Positions 1 through 9,073 of a DNA stretch of 64,000 nt are shown here, one piece after another. This stretch comes from a virus, in IMG/VR virus record IMGVR_UViG_3300030450_002056, positions 1 through 64,000 of that record; one strand, written 5' to 3'. How positions within the stretch are numbered: the stretch's first letter is position 1; each line of letters opens with the position of its first letter. The notes below the pieces were generated by a model. It worked only from the letters and a program-made list of their open reading frames with translations, was not told the DNA's origin and searched no databases. The position numbers and the translations under genes were made by a program.

Positions 1-737
1 TTATACAAACAAGGTAGTATAGGTAATGATTTAACTGGCCTAACAATATCAACTTCTGTTTCTGATACTTCATCCATAGGTTTAACAGTAGGCCATTCAA
101 CTAATTTATTACCATACCTACTTAACACCATTCTTGGTGCTTTTGCTAATTCTAATATATAACTTAATCCGCGCACACTATGTAAGTCTTCTTTCAATAT
201 AGGAATACAAAAATATGCCTCACCGTTCTCATCTTCACTACTTAGATTAACAGTATTCGGAACTCTTCTTAATCTATTAATTTGAATACCGCTATTATCT
301 AATGTAGATAGCCCAGTGTTTTTTAAATCTCTAAACCACGATTGTATTTCACGAATTTCATTTGCTTTCTTTCCATAAACAATTACATGGAATCCCTTAC
401 CACTAAAGAACATATCAAACTTAATGTCTTTCTTTAATAAATCTACTACTACTATTTTGAAATCCCCATAGGCTTCTTCAATTGTAGTTGCGTTATGTGC
501 ATCAAAATCTAAAAAGGCTCTATCTAATATAACAGAAGTATCTACTTTCATACTTTTATTTTTGATGTCGCTGAATCTAAATTCTTCAAAATCATAAATG
601 GTATAATACACATTCATTTTACCATTATATAGATTAATAAAATTAGCCAATTCATTCTTGTTCTTCACTACTTCTCTTGGAACTTGTGGGGCGTGTCTTA
701 GATGACTTCCCGCCCAAACTTCCTTTGGAAACTTCAT
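1..737 (-). CDS. priS: Archaeo-eukaryotic primase (PriS-like), truncated by the window edge; probably fused to a PriL-like C-terminal domain
   Basis: Not in the ORF track. Manual translation from ATG at 737 gives MKFPKEVWAG...RAFLDFDAH...FFSGKGFHV...RLRRVPNTVN...ILPCLY, which contains AEP motif I (DxD), motif II (SGxxGxH) and the RxP motif. The frame stays open to position 1. Confidence 0.88.
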   Translation of the reverse strand, partial: MKFPKEVWAGSHLRHAPQVPREVVKNKNELANFINLYNGKMNVYYTIYDFEEFRFSDIKNKSMKVDTSVILDRAFLDFDAHNATTIEEAYGDFKIVVVDLLKKDIKFDMFFSGKGFHVIVYGKKANEIREIQSWFRDLKNTGLSTLDNSGIQINRLRRVPNTVNLSSEDENGEAYFCIPILKEDLHSVRGLSYILELAKAPRMVLSRYGNKLVEWPTVKPMDEVSETEVDIVRPVKSLPILPCLY

Positions 738-1035
738 TTTTATTATCCTCCTTAAACGATACTTTTGCTTCTTGTAATTCATTCTTTACAATTTCAGCAA
801 CCTTTTCTTTCAAAGTCTTTTGTATTACATTACTATATATTTGCCCAAACGGTGTTAATTCTTCTGCAAAAACATCAACATTCCATACCATATTTAATTT
901 ATCTTTTGTTGGTATATCATCGTAAATTGCTTCAGATATATTATCTATTGTAGAAGATACATTTGCTATTTCTGCAAAAGTCCACGCTTTCTTATTTAAT
1001 TCTTGTTTTACTAATTCTTTAATTTTATCACTCAT
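652..1035 (-). CDS. Hypothetical protein
   Basis: ORF track; likely start MSDKIK at 1035. Its 3' end overlaps the primase start. Confidence 0.6.
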   Translation of the reverse strand: MSDKIKELVKQELNKKAWTFAEIANVSSTIDNISEAIYDDIPTKDKLNMVWNVDVFAEELTPFGQIYSNVIQKTLKEKVAEIVKNELQEAKVSFKEDNKNEVSKGSLGGKSSKTRPTSSKRSSEEQE

Positions 1036-1244
1036 TAATATTCCCTCCTTTCTTCTATACAATCATCACAGATATGTTCGCCATTAAACCCTACTTGGTG
1101 TGCAGAATTCCATTTTCCACAAATATCACAATCCTTTTTCATTTGTTTTCTTTTTTTACCAAGTTTATCTGTTATTTCTTTCTGCTCTCTCTTTCTTCCC
1201 CTTTCATAATTATATTTTCTAGGTTTATTTTTTGTTCCACTCAT
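1035..1244 (-). CDS. Small Zn-finger protein
   Basis: CDIC...CDDC pairs and a basic N-terminus; translationally coupled to its neighbours. Confidence 0.55.
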   Translation of the reverse strand: MSGTKNKPRKYNYERGRKREQKEITDKLGKKRKQMKKDCDICGKWNSAHQVGFNGEHICDDCIEERREY

Positions 1245-2116
1245 TATATCCACCCATCATCTAATGCCGCAGGGCATATACTATAGAAATCGCAATATTG
1301 AGAACAGGTTTTAGCATAAAACTTAGCAGGGAAATTTTGACCGCCATCAATTCTATCTTCATATGCTTTTAATAATTTAGTTATTGCCCTTAATACAGCA
1401 TTTGTGCTACTCTTCTTAACTGGTTCAACATAGGTATAATTTGATTCTGGATAATACCAACCCCAATGAGTTATTTCATTATTAGGGTCTAGTCCTTTTT
1501 CAGTTAGAATTTCATTCGGGCAATTATCATAGAGCATCTTGTAGAAAGCCATTTCCTTTCTCATATTAGTTGTCTTATAATCTTTCCATATTCCTGTTTT
1601 TAACTCCATCGGTATATGTTGATTATTTTCAATATACATCCTATCAATAATACCCTGTAAATGCACAGTATAGTCTTGATGCAATTCAACCTTTGGATTT
1701 AAGTCTTTTGGAATATGTATTTCAGCATCTAACATTACCTCATTAACTACAGGTAGAAAACTATCCAATTTATCTTCTGCCTTTGCATTTAAAAATAATG
1801 ATGCAGAATTAGAAGCCATAACCTTATAAATATCTGTATATTCGTCTATAGGGTATAGGCTCATAAAATATACCTTTAATTCATCTCCCGTCATATCTTC
1901 TGCCTTTTTAATATCAACTTGATTAAACCAATCTTCTCTACTATTATGCACAGTGCTACCTTTTAGCATGGCTTCAGTTTGGTCTGTTTTTCTCCCTTCT
2001 ATATATGAGAATTGATATTTAATAGGACACCAATTAAATGAACCCATAGAAGATTTACTTATTTTCAATATCGGTTCGTCTTTCGTATAATCCCAATCAT
2101 ATGTAAATTCTTTCAT
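1244..2116 (-). CDS. Cas4-like PD-(D/E)XK exonuclease (stand-alone)
   Basis: N-terminal SxS...WCP, GSTVH, GIIDR and ELKTG catalytic motifs, and a C-terminal CSQYCDFYSIC Fe-S cysteine cluster. Confidence 0.85.
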   Translation of the reverse strand: MKEFTYDWDYTKDEPILKISKSSMGSFNWCPIKYQFSYIEGRKTDQTEAMLKGSTVHNSREDWFNQVDIKKAEDMTGDELKVYFMSLYPIDEYTDIYKVMASNSASLFLNAKAEDKLDSFLPVVNEVMLDAEIHIPKDLNPKVELHQDYTVHLQGIIDRMYIENNQHIPMELKTGIWKDYKTTNMRKEMAFYKMLYDNCPNEILTEKGLDPNNEITHWGWYYPESNYTYVEPVKKSSTNAVLRAITKLLKAYEDRIDGGQNFPAKFYAKTCSQYCDFYSICPAALDDGWI

Positions 2117-2403
2117 TCTTCTTCCTCCTTTATGGGAATCCATCTACAACTTCTACAATTGTAGCATTCTTCGCGGTTCTCATCTATATTCTTTAATTGT
2201 CTATCCGCTTCTTCTTTTGTAAAGGCACTATATCCCCATTCATCGGGTTCTCGAATAGCCGAATACAAGTTTGCTTTTATTACTCTTTTTGGAGTATTAT
2301 TCCTTCTGAATCTAGTATAGACTTTAGGCTTTCTGTTAAGAGGATTCACTATCGCATTTAAGTATTCAACTTCTTTTCTACAATGATATTTAAATTCTTT
2401 CAT
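2113..2403 (-). CDS. Hypothetical protein
   Basis: ORF track; coupled by ATGA overlaps; C-terminal CxxCxxC. Confidence 0.55.
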   Translation of the reverse strand: MKEFKYHCRKEVEYLNAIVNPLNRKPKVYTRFRRNNTPKRVIKANLYSAIREPDEWGYSAFTKEEADRQLKNIDENREECYNCRSCRWIPIKEEEE

Positions 2404-2681
2404 TTTATATTCCCCTGATTATTTTCTCTCTCTCTCCTTAATTTATGTTTTCCTATGCGGGTTAGTGCTTTTTCATAACATTCTTCACATTTTATTGTAA
2501 CAGTAGGGTGATAATCATCGTCTAAGTTTTTATAATCATAAGAAAGCATATGAAAATGCTTTTCTATTCTTCTTCTAATATCATCTAACTTATAAGACGA
2601 GTTTGTAGCAGACTTAGGATGATAGTTCATTTTTATCTTGCGTAAAGTTTCTTCTTCCAATAATTCTATTATATCTTCCAT
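2400..2681 (-). CDS. Hypothetical protein
   Basis: ORF track; likely start MEDII. Confidence 0.5.
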   Translation of the reverse strand: MEDIIELLEEETLRKIKMNYHPKSATNSSYKLDDIRRRIEKHFHMLSYDYKNLDDDYHPTVTIKCEECYEKALTRIGKHKLRRERENNQGNIK

Positions 2682-2916
2682 TTTACCACCACTCATCTAA
2701 TCGGCCAGTCCTCAATTATCATCGCGAGCAGTTGCTCCCTAGCCCATGTATGGTTACAATATCCATGATACCGACAATTCTCTTTCGGGTTTTCTAGTGT
2801 TTCTATACAGATAAGGGCCAAATCGTGAGGCGACACTTTCACCCATGAACTCCCGCGATAAGTAGTTAAATCTTTTATTTTTTCTTCTCTATTCATTTTA
2901 CCACCACTCATCTAAT
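2679..2916. repeat. Perfect 23-bp direct repeat CATTTTACCACCACTCATCTAAT at 2679-2701 and 2894-2916
   Basis: Read directly from the sequence. It duplicates the polB stop/RBS/start junction. Confidence 0.9.
2693..2896 (-). CDS. Hypothetical protein flanked by a 23-bp direct repeat
   Basis: ORF track; likely start MNREE. Confidence 0.5.
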   Translation of the reverse strand: MNREEKIKDLTTYRGSSWVKVSPHDLALICIETLENPKENCRYHGYCNHTWAREQLLAMIIEDWPIR

Positions 2917-3803
2917 GACCTTTGCTTCAAGTCTTTCTTAATATCGTTAATATCCCAATTCATTGCCTCAAATATAGGTGCGGCCTTTCTCACTACTACT
3001 TCTGAATAGTGTTCCCAATCAGGAGTATAATCTTCAAAATCTTCTTCCAAGATACCTGATATATAATCAGGCCTAATATAGTTCCCCGTTAGTGGGTGCA
3101 TTAGTAGATGGCGATGATTTTGATTAACTTTCATAAACAAGAAAGAATCTTTAATTTCATTTCCTGTAACATGGTTATAAAAATATGCTCCCATTAAACC
3201 CGAACCAAAAGAAACCCTTTTACCATTTGATTTCCAATATTTACCTGTCTTCATTGCGCCTGTATATTCATGTTTATGTTCTCCAACGGATAAGGGTTTA
3301 TCTTCAAATATATGAAATGCCTTCTTACAATTCTCACAATACACATGGAAGCGTTCTTCTTTATAACTACTTCGCTTGATGATTTGATTTAATTCAATAT
3401 CACCACTCAATACATCATTGTATCTCTCACGAAGATAATCTAGAATTTCTATTTTAGTGCATCCATTAACCCACATCTTTAATGTGGTTATCTGAATTTC
3501 TTTTGCTAACTTAGTTTCTGATATTCTTTTTGCAGTAAAGCCAGTCATGAAGAATTCTTCTTCTTCTAAATATCTTCCATCTTTCCAAGAAATTAAACCT
3601 GCATTTCTATTCTTAGTTGCACCTACACCAAGACTACTAAAATACTTTTCAAATTCAAGCACTACAGGGTGTTCTTTTAATCCTAATACATTAGGGAATA
3701 TTTTTCTAACTTCTTCATTTAATTTAACTACTATTTCTTCTGCTTGCTCAACAGAATCTACTTGGCAATAAATCGAATCAGTATGACCATAAACTACCTT
3801 CAT
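2898..3803 (-). CDS. polB: Family B DNA polymerase, C-terminal subunit of a split PolB (motif C, thumb, PIP-like tail)
   Basis: YGHTDS (motif C variant), LEFEKYF, KNRNAG, GFTAKR, and C-terminal QRSLDEWW PCNA-interacting peptide. Confidence 0.9.
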   Translation of the reverse strand: MKVVYGHTDSIYCQVDSVEQAEEIVVKLNEEVRKIFPNVLGLKEHPVVLEFEKYFSSLGVGATKNRNAGLISWKDGRYLEEEEFFMTGFTAKRISETKLAKEIQITTLKMWVNGCTKIEILDYLRERYNDVLSGDIELNQIIKRSSYKEERFHVYCENCKKAFHIFEDKPLSVGEHKHEYTGAMKTGKYWKSNGKRVSFGSGLMGAYFYNHVTGNEIKDSFLFMKVNQNHRHLLMHPLTGNYIRPDYISGILEEDFEDYTPDWEHYSEVVVRKAAPIFEAMNWDINDIKKDLKQRSLDEWW

Positions 3804-4006
3804 TCTTCCAATCCCCAATTAGTAGTTTGCCACGCTCTTTCATGGAAATAATAGAATACAAATTTAGTTAACACTTCAACTGTAATTATACTTGCGGCAA
3901 CTATAGAATCACCAGTAATAAACCATGCTATTACAAAAGTATCTAGCGTTGCTATTAATCTCCATGTTATCGCTTTCATTCCGCTTCTTTTCTTTGTTGC
4001 ACTCAT
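3800..4006 (-). CDS. DUF2061-like small membrane protein
   Basis: KRSxxKAITWRxxAT...FYYFHERAW signature with two hydrophobic segments. Confidence 0.75.
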   Translation of the reverse strand: MSATKKRSGMKAITWRLIATLDTFVIAWFITGDSIVAASIITVEVLTKFVFYYFHERAWQTTNWGLEE

Positions 4007-4101
4007 TCTTCTTCATCTCCATAAACAATATACATTCCTGTTTGCATACATTTGAATGTAGGATTATGTGGGAAATTTGTCGCTACTATTTTTTTACTCA
4101 T
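4003..4101 (-). CDS. Putative 32-aa microprotein
   Basis: Manual translation MSKKIVATNFPHNPTFKCMQTGMYIVYGDEEE; ATGA-coupled on both sides. Confidence 0.4.
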   Translation of the reverse strand: MSKKIVATNFPHNPTFKCMQTGMYIVYGDEEE

Positions 4102-4214
4102 TTATACAACCCCTCCATACAATCACACAGATGTCGCTTTTTATATGGCCCTCTGGAAGAATGAGGATTAAGAATTCCCCCACACTCCATACATTCTATA
4201 TCTTTCTCTATCAT
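4098..4214 (-). CDS. Putative 38-aa Zn-binding microprotein
   Basis: Manual translation MIEKDIECMECGG...HLCDCMEGLYK; ATGA-coupled to the stop of the polB N-terminal gene. Confidence 0.45.
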   Translation of the reverse strand: MIEKDIECMECGGILNPHSSRGPYKKRHLCDCMEGLYK

Positions 4215-5905
4215 AATTCTCTCACCCTAAATGCCGCCTCTCTAATTGCTTCTCTTGAACTAGCAGTAATGCTAGCGGCTAAATCAATATCACACCAACC
4301 GAATCCTTGATTACCAACAATGCCGTAGAAAGAGGCCATTAATCTTTTAACAGCCATTTGGTTATTATTCCACTTATTGTAATCTTCTTTAGTAGAAGAA
4401 TTTTTCATGTTAGTTTTATACTGATTCCTTAATGTTTTCAATTCCATAACAGAACGAGGAAGTAATCCTAATTTATCCGTTTTGTAATATAACATCTCAT
4501 GTTTTTCAACAGGAGAAAAATCTCTTGGAGTAGATATATTTACTGCAAACTCAGTTGGTTCGGTAGATTTAGTTTCCCATGAGATATTACGGGCAATCAT
4601 CATTGATGGGTATAGACCTGCAAAATCAAATGCCGCCACATTAAGATGCAATCCATTTGTTCCTTCAGATGTGGGGTCATAAATTAATGCCCCTTCATAA
4701 TCTTTACCATCTCTTTTACCACCTGTAGGGGCTTTCCAAGAAGCATTACGCATAAAGTATATAGAAGCCATGTGAGTTGCATGAAAACAAGCCTCAAACG
4801 GTGCTTTCAATATTCGTTGTAATGAAGTTATTGCATCAGTTAAGTTATTGTTATCATCAATCTTTCGTATTAAATCAACATCTATTAGTGCATATTCCAA
4901 ATATGTATCTGTATCTTCTTCCCATGCTCTTCTAAAGAATTCATTTTTTTCTGGGAATTTTTCACTAACAAGTTTCTTATTACCTAATATAGTTTCTGAA
5001 ACATAATCAAGTGATAAAGTTGGTAGTGTTCCTCTTTGGGAATCAATCCATTGTCGCTCAAATGCTAAATCTAAACTAACAACAATTCTACCTTTAATGG
5101 GCTGTTCTTTAGGGCCAAAAAAATCTCTATTGAATTTACTATCTCTAGAATTATATACATAATTAGAAACTTCTAATACAGGAGATAATAACCGAGCATC
5201 AATATTGTAAAATGCACATCTTTCTAATAATTTAGGTAGGTCGAATCTATTACCAAACCAAGCAATTAACATATCAGGGTCTTTTGCCGCACAATAATTT
5301 ACAAAAGTTCTTAACAACATTTCTTCATTCTGAGAAGTAATTAGAGTCACTTGAGAATCAGTATCAATTACAGGAGTATCTCTCTCATACAATTCATCAG
5401 TGGGAAACCAACAATAGAGTATGTATTCATCATCATAATTATCATAACAACTAATACAGGTAATTTTACCATCATGTTCTCCACCTTGTTGCCATTCCAT
5501 ATCCCAATACCACTTACGCATATCATATTCATGGTAAGGAACACCATCTATGAATCTATCAATTGATGCTCTGTAATGATACTGAACATCTGCTTCATAA
5601 GTTTGAGTATCATATAATTCCGTCATTTCTTTAGATACCACTTTTATTTCAGATGGATGATTACAAATTACTTTCGTCAGTTTTTCACCCTCTAAATTAT
5701 ACCACTCGCCTTCTTCATATCGCAGAGAATATACCTTACTGTTTTTCCATCTATCATTTTTATACATTTGGTCTGGCTTAAATGCAGTTTCTTTAACATA
5801 AAAATAAGGTGGGTAATCTGAAAATGGTATTATCTCAGATTCCCTTTCCTTATCTTCATTGCGCCATGCAAAATATATTCCTTTATTTGTATTTGATATT
5901 ATCAT
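4211..5905 (-). CDS. polB: Family B DNA polymerase, N-terminal subunit of a split PolB (3'-5' exonuclease, motifs A and B)
   Basis: ExoI WDMEW, ExoII FGNRFD, ExoIII YALID, motif A DFAGLYPS, motif B QMAVKRLMASFYG. The ORF ends before motif C. Confidence 0.92.
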   Translation of the reverse strand: MIISNTNKGIYFAWRNEDKERESEIIPFSDYPPYFYVKETAFKPDQMYKNDRWKNSKVYSLRYEEGEWYNLEGEKLTKVICNHPSEIKVVSKEMTELYDTQTYEADVQYHYRASIDRFIDGVPYHEYDMRKWYWDMEWQQGGEHDGKITCISCYDNYDDEYILYCWFPTDELYERDTPVIDTDSQVTLITSQNEEMLLRTFVNYCAAKDPDMLIAWFGNRFDLPKLLERCAFYNIDARLLSPVLEVSNYVYNSRDSKFNRDFFGPKEQPIKGRIVVSLDLAFERQWIDSQRGTLPTLSLDYVSETILGNKKLVSEKFPEKNEFFRRAWEEDTDTYLEYALIDVDLIRKIDDNNNLTDAITSLQRILKAPFEACFHATHMASIYFMRNASWKAPTGGKRDGKDYEGALIYDPTSEGTNGLHLNVAAFDFAGLYPSMMIARNISWETKSTEPTEFAVNISTPRDFSPVEKHEMLYYKTDKLGLLPRSVMELKTLRNQYKTNMKNSSTKEDYNKWNNNQMAVKRLMASFYGIVGNQGFGWCDIDLAASITASSREAIREAAFRVREL

Positions 5906-5912
5906 ATAATCA

Positions 5913-6677
5913 CTATCTTGGGCTAAATCTTGGTGCTTTTAATAGTAGTCTATTTGGGCTACGCATTAGTATTGGGAAATCATCTTTCATATAAATGATT
6001 ACAACTGAATTCATAAAGTTAGAAAATGGCCCTGCAATTGATACACCTGCCTCTTCTCCTTCTATCTGAATAGTATCAATACTCACTGATATGGTTTCAT
6101 TATTATCTGATGGGCTAGTAATATGTAATGCGTCTTCGGTAGCCTCTAAATTATAGATACCTGTATCAGTTACATCACAAGTATTAGTAGCATCTACCAG
6201 TAAGGCAGACTGCACTAATATTTTACATTCAAACGGGGTTTGGTTTTTACCAAATGTAGGCATAGTATCATCAGTAGGTAATTCTATCCCCTTGACCATG
6301 TTTATCATATCAAGATGGGGGTGTATTATTGTGAGAGGAATTGTTGCGCTTTTACCGCTACAATTAAACCGTATCACGTCACCAACTTCTATTGTGACTA
6401 CTCCCTTAAACGCCTTCAAATACTTTACCGTTTTAGGAATATCCAAAATACAATGACCTATATCTAATGCTAGAACCTCGTTATTAATAGGTATAGAATA
6501 GCAACACCCTGTTGTAGAGTCAGCATTGTATATTTCAATCCTATTATTTAGAACCTCTAATAAAGCATATTCTGAGATATTTTTATTTTTAGTGGAAGCA
6601 CCGCTTGGATATTTACCTTTTAATAATACTGCAGTTAATCCATCTATTAATATTTTATTGTTTATTGATATTTTCAT
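5913..6677 (-). CDS. pcna: DNA sliding clamp (PCNA-like)
   Basis: About 255 aa with a repeating beta/alpha pattern and C-terminal DFPI...LLKAPR (compare PCNA YLAPR); lies next to polB and near RFC. Confidence 0.72.
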   Translation of the reverse strand: MKISINNKILIDGLTAVLLKGKYPSGASTKNKNISEYALLEVLNNRIEIYNADSTTGCCYSIPINNEVLALDIGHCILDIPKTVKYLKAFKGVVTIEVGDVIRFNCSGKSATIPLTIIHPHLDMINMVKGIELPTDDTMPTFGKNQTPFECKILVQSALLVDATNTCDVTDTGIYNLEATEDALHITSPSDNNETISVSIDTIQIEGEEAGVSIAGPFSNFMNSVVIIYMKDDFPILMRSPNRLLLKAPRFSPR

Positions 6678-7543
6678 ATTTTCCCTTCCCGTAATTCGGG
6701 AACACCAAACCATTGATTTTCTCCATTAGTAGAAAATACAGTCCAACTAGTTCCAACTAATACAGAGTTAGTTTTACTCGCTTCTAATGTAGCATTATAT
6801 GTTGTTACACCTTTATCTTTTATTTTAACAATATGCAACATTTGATTAAACCTTGCAGGTGTGCTTTTGTGCCAATCTGGAACTTCCCCCACTGGAACGG
6901 GATTATAGATATCCCCATAGATAGGTTTCATGTGTGTAATAAAGAACCTATTGGTTTCTAAATTACAAGCCATATCTAAAATTCTATCATTAATCCTATT
7001 TCTAATTTTCCAATCTAACGGGTTAACTTTAATTGAATCAGTTTCAAGAATAATTTGTCCGGTTCTCTTATTTGATTTTGCTAGATGGCTTCTTAATAAG
7101 TCACCCGCTCCCTCATATAATTTATCTACCCCATCAAGAATAAATGCCTTTACCTTTTCACCAGATTCAATCATGTCTTCAACGAATGTTATAAATGCTA
7201 AAGCATTATTCATTGATTCTTCCCAATTAGTAGAACCATCACGGTTAAGTTCAACTGGTTCAAATATGATTATATTCTCATCTTTGCCCCAACATGAACT
7301 CCATGTAGGTTCAGCACCCTTATCAAAATCTAAGACTGCTATTTTATAGCCTTCTTCTATTTCTGCTTCTGTCCTACAATCTAAGGCTAACCCAGTCTTA
7401 CCGACTTTAGGATTACCCGTAATAGAACAACATAAAAAGTGAGAATCCCTTTGGTTTCTCTTCTGAACTTGATTTAGTATCAGTTGCTTTCTTTGCTCAA
7501 ATGTTATTTCTTCTTCTTTATTTTCACTTGTATTCCACGACAT
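6674..7543 (-). CDS. P-loop ATPase, RecA/RadA-Sak4 (AAA_24)-like recombinase
   Basis: Walker A GNPKVGKT, VLDFD, Walker B FILDG, FITH. Confidence 0.75.
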   Translation of the reverse strand: MSWNTSENKEEEITFEQRKQLILNQVQKRNQRDSHFLCCSITGNPKVGKTGLALDCRTEAEIEEGYKIAVLDFDKGAEPTWSSCWGKDENIIIFEPVELNRDGSTNWEESMNNALAFITFVEDMIESGEKVKAFILDGVDKLYEGAGDLLRSHLAKSNKRTGQIILETDSIKVNPLDWKIRNRINDRILDMACNLETNRFFITHMKPIYGDIYNPVPVGEVPDWHKSTPARFNQMLHIVKIKDKGVTTYNATLEASKTNSVLVGTSWTVFSTNGENQWFGVPELREGKI

Positions 7544-7844
7544 TTTTATCACCATTGTAATACGGAGGGTTATCTTCTGTTATTCCTCCAAATTTAAATT
7601 TTGACCACTCAGATAAGATAGTATTTAATTCAGGTAAACTTACTTTAACCCTAACTTCTTTATTAGAGTCAGTATGTAATTTAAGCCAGTATTGGCCGGT
7701 ATCATCGTTTAACCTCCATGTGATAAACTCCACCTGCGCAAAACCGACAGCAAAACTATTACCATGAATTATAGAACTAGTAATGCTAAATTGTATGTAA
7801 TCACCACCAATCTTCTGACTCAACAATCTCAATTGTCTGCTCAA
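7524..7844 (-). CDS. Hypothetical protein (true start probably downstream of 7844)
   Basis: ORF track; fills the gap between the SSB and the ATPase. Confidence 0.55.
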   Translation of the reverse strand: MSRQLRLLSQKIGGDYIQFSITSSIIHGNSFAVGFAQVEFITWRLNDDTGQYWLKLHTDSNKEVRVKVSLPELNTILSEWSKFKFGGITEDNPPYYNGDKNVVEYK

Positions 7845-9051
7845 CTATTTTTCCTCTATTGTTTTCAACATAGATACCGAATACATTTATGCTACATGAG
7901 CCTAATGTTCCATCATCCATTGTCTGTTGAGAAGTCCTACCGACTACGATAATATCAGAAGATATACCAAAATCAATATCAATATGTGGAGGAATCCAAC
8001 AAGTTGTCCCAAAGTATTCATTTGCATCTGGGTCAAATGAACTGTGTAAGTCTGAAATACTTAGCCTCTTGCGCTCCCCATTAAGATTCATATTACCAAC
8101 GTTACCATCAACAAATACAAACTTTTCATTATATTGTTTAGATGCGTTCATAGCATGGACTCTTTCTAAGTCTACAATAGGAGCATAGTGGTCTTCACAA
8201 TACTTCATTAATATCTGCTTCTTATTTACTTCCGACATATCTTTGTATTCTGCATCTTCTTCAGTAAGAGTATCATTATACACTAACGAATTAAGAGTAG
8301 TTTCTTTAACACCATGAATCTTGGAGGAATCTCCACTATTAATGATACATACAAAATGCACCCACTCAAAGGTCTTAGGAGCGAATGCCTGACTAGCCGT
8401 TCCTTTGTAATTAAAGAAGTATCTTCCGAATACTCCATCAACTTCACCAACAAACACTCCGCCTCGTCTATATTCTTCTTTGGCTAACGGCTTACCATAA
8501 TTAGAATTAGGCCCGCTACTATAACTAGCCATTGAATCAAGAGGAATAATCCATTGATTATCTTCTCTTTCAGTAGGCATTGCACTTTCTGGTAATGAGT
8601 CTACTTTCCTTTCTTGTCTTTCTGCGTTAAAATACCTAACAATTGTATATGTTTCATCATCATTCATTGTTGCTAGTGCGGCCTTTCCAGACTTAACTGT
8701 TCCTTCTGCATCCATCATAAATCCTTTCATTAATCTGTCGCGTTGTAGGGCCATCATATCTCTTGATTCCTCAAGATAGACAAACATTCCAAATGCCTTC
8801 TTATACCATGAAGCAGTTGTTGCTTGTTGTGGTGTTTCTGAGTCAGTATTTTTCTGAGCCATTTTTACGCTTGCGAAGTAGTGCCTCCACAAATTGAGAA
8901 TGACTAATGCATCATCATTATTAGACACATCTAAGCCATTTTGATTGCATATTTCAACAATCTTTTCTTTTGCCTCTTCAATGCTCAATCCGAGCATTTC
9001 GGCAGAAGCAGTCACTTCTTTATCCAGTCTTTCTATATTTTCATTTTCCAT
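7801..9051 (-). CDS. Putative ssDNA-binding protein (RPA-like, OB folds)
   Basis: C-terminal OB-like beta pattern (IIVVGRTS...SINVFGIY), acidic-aromatic tail SEDWW, and replisome context. Confidence 0.55.
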   Translation of the reverse strand: MENENIERLDKEVTASAEMLGLSIEEAKEKIVEICNQNGLDVSNNDDALVILNLWRHYFASVKMAQKNTDSETPQQATTASWYKKAFGMFVYLEESRDMMALQRDRLMKGFMMDAEGTVKSGKAALATMNDDETYTIVRYFNAERQERKVDSLPESAMPTEREDNQWIIPLDSMASYSSGPNSNYGKPLAKEEYRRGGVFVGEVDGVFGRYFFNYKGTASQAFAPKTFEWVHFVCIINSGDSSKIHGVKETTLNSLVYNDTLTEEDAEYKDMSEVNKKQILMKYCEDHYAPIVDLERVHAMNASKQYNEKFVFVDGNVGNMNLNGERKRLSISDLHSSFDPDANEYFGTTCWIPPHIDIDFGISSDIIVVGRTSQQTMDDGTLGSCSINVFGIYVENNRGKIVEQTIEIVESEDWW

Positions 9052-9073
9052 TTTTTTCACCTTTTTTTCTTTT

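Noticed and set aside
1244-2116. Cas4 as part of a CRISPR-Cas system
   Set aside because: No other cas genes and no repeat-spacer array; stand-alone Cas4-like nucleases are common in archaeal virus replication modules.
3803-4211. Split intein or intron interrupting polB
   Set aside because: No intein N-terminal Cys/Ser block or C-terminal His-Asn; the gap is filled with normally coupled small ORFs.
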